This document shows, in pieces, positions 58,450 to 64,000 of a DNA stretch of 64,000 bases. The notes beneath the pieces are model-generated. The model had not been told where the DNA came from and made no database searches. It worked only from the letters and a program-made list of their open reading frames with translations. Each line of letters begins with the position of its first letter. The stretch's first letter is position 1. The position numbers were made by a program, and so were the translations under genes. The stretch comes from a bacterium (GTDB taxonomy: Bacteria; Patescibacteriota; Minisyncoccia; Phycocordibacterales; CAIZLB01). The stretch is taken from NCBI GenBank assembly GCA_037127815.1, contig JBAXXP010000002.1, positions 142,943 through 206,942 on the forward strand, in the 5' to 3' direction.

Positions 58450-59835
58450 TTATTCGTACGAAACCTCATCCTTTCTCTCTCTTAAATCAATTGGGTACTT
58501 TCCATTAAAACATGATGTGCAAAATAGTGATTCGCTAAGTCCAGTTGATTCTATCATTCCATCGTAGGACAGAAAATTTAAAGATGTAGAACCTAAATAT
58601 TTATTCATCTCTTCAATACTCATTTTAGATGCAAGTAAGTCAGATTGCTTTGGTAAATCTATTCCATAAAAATCTGGATATTTAACTGGCGGAGAACTTA
58701 TAACAAAGTGAACCTCCTTTGCGCCCGTTTCAAAAAGCATTTTAACAATTTGGCGAGATGTAGTTCCTCTAACAATTGAATCATCGACAACAATAACCCT
58801 TTTATTTTCAATCATCTCTTTAAGTGGTGCTAGTTTTAACTTAACACCCTGTTCTCTAATATGCTGTTCTGGTTCGATAAAAGTTCTGTGAATATATCTA
58901 CTTTTAATAATTCCCATTTCAAATGGAATTCCAGATGCATTTGCATAACCTATAGCAACAGGAATTGAAGTCTCAGGAATTGGTATAACAACATCTGCAT
59001 CAATTAAATACTCCTCTGCTAAGCGCTTTCCAAAATTCTTTCTAACATCATAAATTGACTTGCCAAGCAAAGTACTGTCAGGTCGGGAAAAATATACGAA
59101 TTCAAAAATATCCAGCTTCTGAATTCCTTTTACGATTTGTTTTATCTTAAGCCCGCTCTCATCTACAACAACCATTTCTCCTGGATTCACATCTCTCATA
59201 AAAGTTGCACCAATTGGATGAAAGGCGCAGGTTTCTGATGCAAAAACAAAGCCTCCATTTAACTTGGCAATAGATAGTGGTCTAATTCCATATTGATCTC
59301 TAAGTGCAATCAACTTATTCTTAGTCATTATTAATATAGAAAAAGATCCCGTCATTAGCGGGAAAATTTCTTCTATAGCATCTTCTATTGTTTTACCTTT
59401 AGTAACAAGGGCGTGCAGTGCTTCTGTGATTATCATAGAGTCGGAAGCTTTTTGCAATTCTATTCCCCTATCCTTCAAAAACTTTGTTAATAGCGTTGTG
59501 CTAGGTAGGTTTCCATTGTGCACCAAGGTGATTGTCTTGTCAGAAGTTTCTATGGGGTGTGCGTACTCAACTCCGGCACCTGACGAGGTTGAATATCTAT
59601 TGTGACCTATTCCAATGTATCCTGGTAGACTTTGTATTATTTTCTCATTGAAGACTTGCGATACTAATCCAACTCCTTTATGACAAAATATTTCTTCCCC
59701 ATCTGTTGTTGCAATTCCTGAATTCTCCTGCCCTCTATGTTGTAGAGAGTATAAACCAAAAAAGGTCAGACGGCTTACGTCTAGACCTTTACCATAGATT
59801 CCAAATACTGCACATTTTTCTCCAGGGTTTTCCAT
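58450..59835 (-). CDS. purF: amidophosphoribosyltransferase
   Basis: Propeptide then CAVFG, LQHRGQE, GHNRYST, VDDSIVRGTT, SPP. Confidence 0.95.
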   Translation of the reverse strand: MENPGEKCAVFGIYGKGLDVSRLTFFGLYSLQHRGQENSGIATTDGEEIFCHKGVGLVSQVFNEKIIQSLPGYIGIGHNRYSTSSGAGVEYAHPIETSDKTITLVHNGNLPSTTLLTKFLKDRGIELQKASDSMIITEALHALVTKGKTIEDAIEEIFPLMTGSFSILIMTKNKLIALRDQYGIRPLSIAKLNGGFVFASETCAFHPIGATFMRDVNPGEMVVVDESGLKIKQIVKGIQKLDIFEFVYFSRPDSTLLGKSIYDVRKNFGKRLAEEYLIDADVVIPIPETSIPVAIGYANASGIPFEMGIIKSRYIHRTFIEPEQHIREQGVKLKLAPLKEMIENKRVIVVDDSIVRGTTSRQIVKMLFETGAKEVHFVISSPPVKYPDFYGIDLPKQSDLLASKMSIEEMNKYLGSTSLNFLSYDGMIESTGLSESLFCTSCFNGKYPIDLRERKDEVSYE

Positions 59836-59852
59836 ACACTTATTGTATCATA

Positions 59853-59890
59853 TATTTGGGGTCAGGCACCATGGTGCCTGACCCCAAATA
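59853..59890. repeat. dispersed palindromic repeat, copy 6
   Basis: TATTTGGGGTCAGGCACCATGGTGCCTGACCCCAAATA. Confidence 0.95.
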
Positions 59891-59894
59891 AAAG

Positions 59895-61691
59895 CTAATT
59901 ATGCCCGCCATGCATAAGCATCTTCACAGCATGTTCCATTGAACCAGCAACGGTTATTGTTCCAGAATTTACAAAACAAATTTCATCGGCCCTATCTATT
60001 GTATTTAGCCTGTGGGCAATAATTACTTTTGTAGTTTCAGACGGAAGCTTCATAAGTATTTCTTCCAATAATTGCTCGGTTACAGTATCAATGTTTGCTG
60101 TTGCCTCATCTAAAATTAAAATCTCTGGTTTATGCAAAATTGCACGAATAAACGCAATTAATTGTTTCTGTCCCAAACTAATACCATCACCTGATGTTGT
60201 CACTTTAGAATCAAGACCGTTTTCAAATCTTGCTAACAACTTTGATAATCCAGCTTTTTCAAGTTCATCGCGAAGCATTTCATTTGAATAGTTCGCATAA
60301 TTGTCATTACCATAAATAATATTATCTTTAACTGTACCTGAAAAAAGGAATGGTTCTTGTAGAATAAAACCAATTTTTTTAACTCTATCTGCTGGCTGAT
60401 ACGACCTAATATCAATGCCGTCTAGAAAAATCGTTCCTTCTGTTGGATCAAATAATCTAGCCATTAAGGAAGCTGTTGTTGTCTTTCCTCCGCCAGTTGG
60501 ACCTACAAGTGCATAGGTCTTTCCTTTATCAAATTTAAGATTAATATTACTTAACACGCTCCCTCCATCAGGATAACCAAATGAAACATTTTTAAACTCG
60601 ATAATAAGGCTCTCATTTTTTGTGGGTAAATTTCCGGATGGAATACCCTTCTGTTTATCTTCTTTTGTTAGATCTAAAACCTCTAGATTTGATTTAAGGA
60701 CAAGAATTTCCGATATTCTATCTAAGCCGGCAAGCGCCTGCTGTAGAGATGACCACACAGAAGCAAGCTGTTGCAATGGCCCATAAAAGCTTGTTGTATA
60801 AAGCATAAAACCAATCAGCAAACCAATGGTAAGCTGTCCAGCGGAAATAAGATAAATACCATAAACTAAAACAAGAAGTTGACCAATATTTGATGCCAAA
60901 CTATATATTGGTGTAAACAAGTTATTTGCAATACCAGCACCAAAGTTAGCTTTGAAATTTGTTTCATTAACATTGTCAAACTTTTTGCGAAAATAATCCA
61001 TTCTATTGAAAGCAACAACAACCTTAAAATTATCTATATTTTCTTGAATCTCAGCACTCATTCCTCCAAGACTTTGTAAATTTTCTAGATTTTTTTTCTT
61101 CACCCAACCAGAAATAATTCTTGAAATAATAAAAACTAGAATCGCTGGAATTAAAGCTACTATACCAAGCTTAGGATTCAACACAAGAAGAAATATTCCA
61201 GCACCAACTATCAAGAAAAAGTTTCTCATGAATTGCATCAAAGCCTGAGAGAAAAATTGATTCAGTTGGTCTGTGTCATTATTAATACGAGAAATTAAAT
61301 CTCCGACTTTATTTTGATTAAAGAAAACCAAGGGCAACTCCTGAAGCTTATTGAAAACAGTATTACGTAAATTGAATAAAATCCTTCTTCCGACTCCGCC
61401 CATTCTTGTTGTCTGTATATAACTCGAAAATAATCCAATGAAATAAATTATGAATAATAATACAGCTGTTAATAGAACTTCTCTGTAGTTACCTTTTTGA
61501 ATATAATTGTCTATTGTATAACCAATTATAAGCGGGGCAACTAGGGCAGCAGATGAAGTGACTATTGTAGCGATTAAAGCCATTATTAAATTACGCTTTT
61601 CTCCCTTAATGAAGGATTTCATTTTCTTAAAAGCACTCCACAAACTCACCTTTCTGTCTTTTTTTTCTGTTTTATTAAGCTGGTATTTCAT
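59895..61691 (-). CDS. heterodimeric ABC exporter, subunit B
   Basis: TMD plus GPTGGGKTT, ISLGQKQL, LILDEATANID. Confidence 0.93.
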   Translation of the reverse strand: MKYQLNKTEKKDRKVSLWSAFKKMKSFIKGEKRNLIMALIATIVTSSAALVAPLIIGYTIDNYIQKGNYREVLLTAVLLFIIYFIGLFSSYIQTTRMGGVGRRILFNLRNTVFNKLQELPLVFFNQNKVGDLISRINNDTDQLNQFFSQALMQFMRNFFLIVGAGIFLLVLNPKLGIVALIPAILVFIISRIISGWVKKKNLENLQSLGGMSAEIQENIDNFKVVVAFNRMDYFRKKFDNVNETNFKANFGAGIANNLFTPIYSLASNIGQLLVLVYGIYLISAGQLTIGLLIGFMLYTTSFYGPLQQLASVWSSLQQALAGLDRISEILVLKSNLEVLDLTKEDKQKGIPSGNLPTKNESLIIEFKNVSFGYPDGGSVLSNINLKFDKGKTYALVGPTGGGKTTTASLMARLFDPTEGTIFLDGIDIRSYQPADRVKKIGFILQEPFLFSGTVKDNIIYGNDNYANYSNEMLRDELEKAGLSKLLARFENGLDSKVTTSGDGISLGQKQLIAFIRAILHKPEILILDEATANIDTVTEQLLEEILMKLPSETTKVIIAHRLNTIDRADEICFVNSGTITVAGSMEHAVKMLMHGGHN

Positions 61692-63435
61692 GTTTGTTTG
61701 TACTTTCGTAATTATTTGTACTTTGCTGAGAATCATAAATCTGAACATATTCTGGAGAAGTCTTCATAAGCTCCTCATGTGTACCAGTGGTTAAAATCTC
61801 CCCATCCATCAGTAGAATAATTTCATCATAGTTTTCAATGGGAGCGATTTTTTGAGTAACTGATATTAGAGTAATACCTGGATAATTCCTTTCAATATTC
61901 TTCAAAATCTTTTTTTCAGTTGTATTGTCCACTCTGGCTGTAAAATCATCTAGTAGCAAGACTTTTGGATTTAAAGCAAGTGCACGAGCAAGCATGACTC
62001 TTTGCTTTTGACCACCAGAAAGACTGGTTCCTCTTTCTGAAACTATAGTATCGAGTTTATTTGGGAGACTATCTATAAAGTCATAAAGTTCTGCTGTCTG
62101 AATAGCCTTTTCTAGATCTTCATCCTTTACAGTGTTACTGAAAGCAATATTTTCTCTTAGAGTTAAATTGAACATTATACTATCTTGGAATACAAACCCT
62201 ACTTGTTTATGTAGAGATTCCTTGCTGTAAAAATCTATATCCCTTTCATCATATTCAATAATTCCAGAGTTTGGAGAAAATAATCCAATGAGTAAATATA
62301 GCAATTGAGTCTTGCCAGCAGCTGTTGGACCAATGATTGCTGTCTTTGTCCCAGCTTTTACACTAAAGGATACATCTTTTAGAATCATCTTATTTCCTAG
62401 CGTAACAGAAACGTGCTTAACACAAACATTACCGTCAATATTTGCAACTGTTGTTCCTGTGTCTTTTTTCCTAGGCTCATTTAAGACTTCTGAAATTCTC
62501 TCCCAAGAAGGTGTAGCTTGCGCAATAACAGCACTAGTAAAACCAAGAATCATTATGGGAAAAATTAAAATAATCAAATAGTTATTAAAAGCACTGAAGC
62601 TTCCAAGAGTCATCGTACCTGCAATTACATAATGACCCCCAAGTGTTAATATTATAAGTGTTGCGATATTTGTAAAAAATGTAATTACTGGAACAAGCCC
62701 TGCAAATAGACCTAAGATTCTTAATCCAATATTTTTTGCTTCAGTATTTACGATTAAAAACTTTTGATATTCATAATCATGTGAATTCAATAATCTAATT
62801 AATGCAGAACCAAGTATACTTTCATTGATTACTTTGTTCAGTGCATCAATTGCTTCTTGTGATTTTTTAAAAAGTTTTCTAACTTTGGAAAAAACGAAAT
62901 AAAATGTGAATCCAATTATTGGAATCACAGAAAGAACAGCAAGGGCTAACCTCCAGTTTATAAGCAAAAGAAGGGTCATCGAACCAACTATTAAAAATAT
63001 AGATGAGACCACCGAAGAAACGGATTGAGAGACAAAGGTTTTAATATTATCAATGTCCGATGTTAAGTTTGTTAGAAGTTTTGACGGTGTCACCTTCTGA
63101 ATATATGAATAATCCTGAACGGATATCTTGGCCATTAATTTTCTCCTAAGGTCTCTTGCTACTCTGCCAGAAGTATAAATTTGGGCAACACCAAGAAGGT
63201 ATGTAAAGATAAATATCAAAATCGCTACTGTGAAAAATTCTAAAGTTACAACATTAATATCAAAAGAACCTTTTGCATATGTATCAATAGCTCTAGCGAT
63301 TATTTTTGGAACAAGCAACGTAAGACCATTTGCAATAATAGTTAGTATAACGAGTAAGGAGATCAGTGATGAGTATGGCTTTAGAGTACCAAATAGACTC
63401 GGATTTTCCTTTTTTTCTCTCTTGTTTTTTTTCAT
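61675..63435 (-). CDS. heterodimeric ABC exporter, subunit A (degenerate site)
   Basis: TMD plus GPTAAGKT, LSGGQKQR, LLDDFT, Gln at the H-switch. Confidence 0.93.
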   Translation of the reverse strand: MKKNKREKKENPSLFGTLKPYSSLISLLVILTIIANGLTLLVPKIIARAIDTYAKGSFDINVVTLEFFTVAILIFIFTYLLGVAQIYTSGRVARDLRRKLMAKISVQDYSYIQKVTPSKLLTNLTSDIDNIKTFVSQSVSSVVSSIFLIVGSMTLLLLINWRLALAVLSVIPIIGFTFYFVFSKVRKLFKKSQEAIDALNKVINESILGSALIRLLNSHDYEYQKFLIVNTEAKNIGLRILGLFAGLVPVITFFTNIATLIILTLGGHYVIAGTMTLGSFSAFNNYLIILIFPIMILGFTSAVIAQATPSWERISEVLNEPRKKDTGTTVANIDGNVCVKHVSVTLGNKMILKDVSFSVKAGTKTAIIGPTAAGKTQLLYLLIGLFSPNSGIIEYDERDIDFYSKESLHKQVGFVFQDSIMFNLTLRENIAFSNTVKDEDLEKAIQTAELYDFIDSLPNKLDTIVSERGTSLSGGQKQRVMLARALALNPKVLLLDDFTARVDNTTEKKILKNIERNYPGITLISVTQKIAPIENYDEIILLMDGEILTTGTHEELMKTSPEYVQIYDSQQSTNNYESTNKHEIPA

Positions 63436-63480
63436 TACTATGTATGATTATAGCATATGGAATTATGTACTTAAATATAA

Positions 63481-63520
63481 AAAAGACCCGGCCGGCGCGA
63501 AGGCGCCGGCCGGGTCTTTT
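63481..63520. terminator. strong intrinsic terminator
   Basis: AAAAGACCCGGCCGGCGC-GAAG-GCGCCGGCCGGGTCTTTT. Confidence 0.85.
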
Positions 63521-63524
63521 TTAT

Positions 63525-63599
63525 CTAAGGCTTTATTACAATCTTCTTTGCCTTCATTTTTTTCTTATTCTTACCTTGAGCGTTATTCCCTTTAGCCAT
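63525..63599 (-). CDS. 24-aa lysine-rich peptide
   Basis: MAKGNNAQGKNKKKMKAKKIVIKP*; TGCTATAAT promoter at about 63630-63638 and a terminator just after the stop. Confidence 0.6.
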   Translation of the reverse strand: MAKGNNAQGKNKKKMKAKKIVIKP

Positions 63600-63789
63600 T
63601 TTAATTTTTATTATTTTTTAATGCATAAATTATAGCACAGTTTTTTTTAAGCAAACAAAGAAATTCACAACTCTTGGCCAAGTAATAAGCACCTAGGAAA
63701 TAAACTTGGTTGTGCAAAAATAACTCTTGACTATAGGAATCGGTGGTATAATTAGACATCGGCTTTAAAATTTTAAACATACATAAAAC

Positions 63790-64000
63790 ATGAAGAAAAT
63801 ATTATCAACCCTAGCTATTGCATTATTAGTCTCAAGCTTTTCCCTTGCTAACGCAGAGTCTCAATCAAGAGGCGAGAACAGTCAAAAAGAATTGAACGAA
63901 AATTCAAATAAGAACGAGCAATTTGAATCAACAAGCACAGAAAGAGAAATGGAGAAGAATAAAATCGAAAACAATCAGTCTGAACTTTATCGTCAGACAA
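63790..64000 (+). CDS. secreted protein, N-terminal part (runs off the window edge)
   Basis: MKKILSTLAIALLVSSFSLANA signal peptide; frame open to the window end. Confidence 0.75.
   Translation, partial: MKKILSTLAIALLVSSFSLANAESQSRGENSQKELNENSNKNEQFESTSTEREMEKNKIENNQSELYRQT

Noticed and set aside
2437-59890. The palindromic repeat as a CRISPR repeat
   Set aside because: Copies are single and kilobases apart, with no repeat-spacer array and no cas genes.
1-64000. Alternative genetic code 25 (TGA read as Gly)
   Set aside because: Long conserved genes are intact under code 11, and several genes end in TGA (for example 8677 and 26875).

Overview
AT-rich bacterial chromosomal DNA. It looks like Patescibacteria/CPR (Parcubacteria-like): short IF2, many type IV pilin-like leaders, few Shine-Dalgarno sites, many apparently leaderless genes, standard code 11. 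This taxonomy is an inference. Housekeeping content: parB (partial), miaA, rpmG, clpB, infB, rbfA, metK with a SAM-I riboswitch, purF and six tRNAs. The window also has two efflux operons, an ApbE flavinylation cluster, large peptidoglycan-anchored surface proteins and an HNH gene between two tRNAs. The most striking region is about 40.75-51.25 kb. A satellite-like element (large serine recombinase, NrS-1-type primase-helicase with one in-frame stop, TerS-like HTH gene) is integrated at the 3' end of tRNA-Asn. The recombinase ORF runs into its own attachment site. Next to the element is a tandem array of single-gene cassettes. Each cassette boundary has the same layout: hairpin, then GCTC, then CGA exactly 18 nt later. 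Each boundary also carries an in-frame alternative C-terminal tail for the recombinase. Other signals: a 28-bp perfect palindrome dispersed six times, a Com-zinc-finger/PAS-PAS gene flanked by two candidate RNA target motifs, a conserved hairpin leader in both efflux operons, and an unannotated 24-aa basic peptide with its own promoter and terminator.
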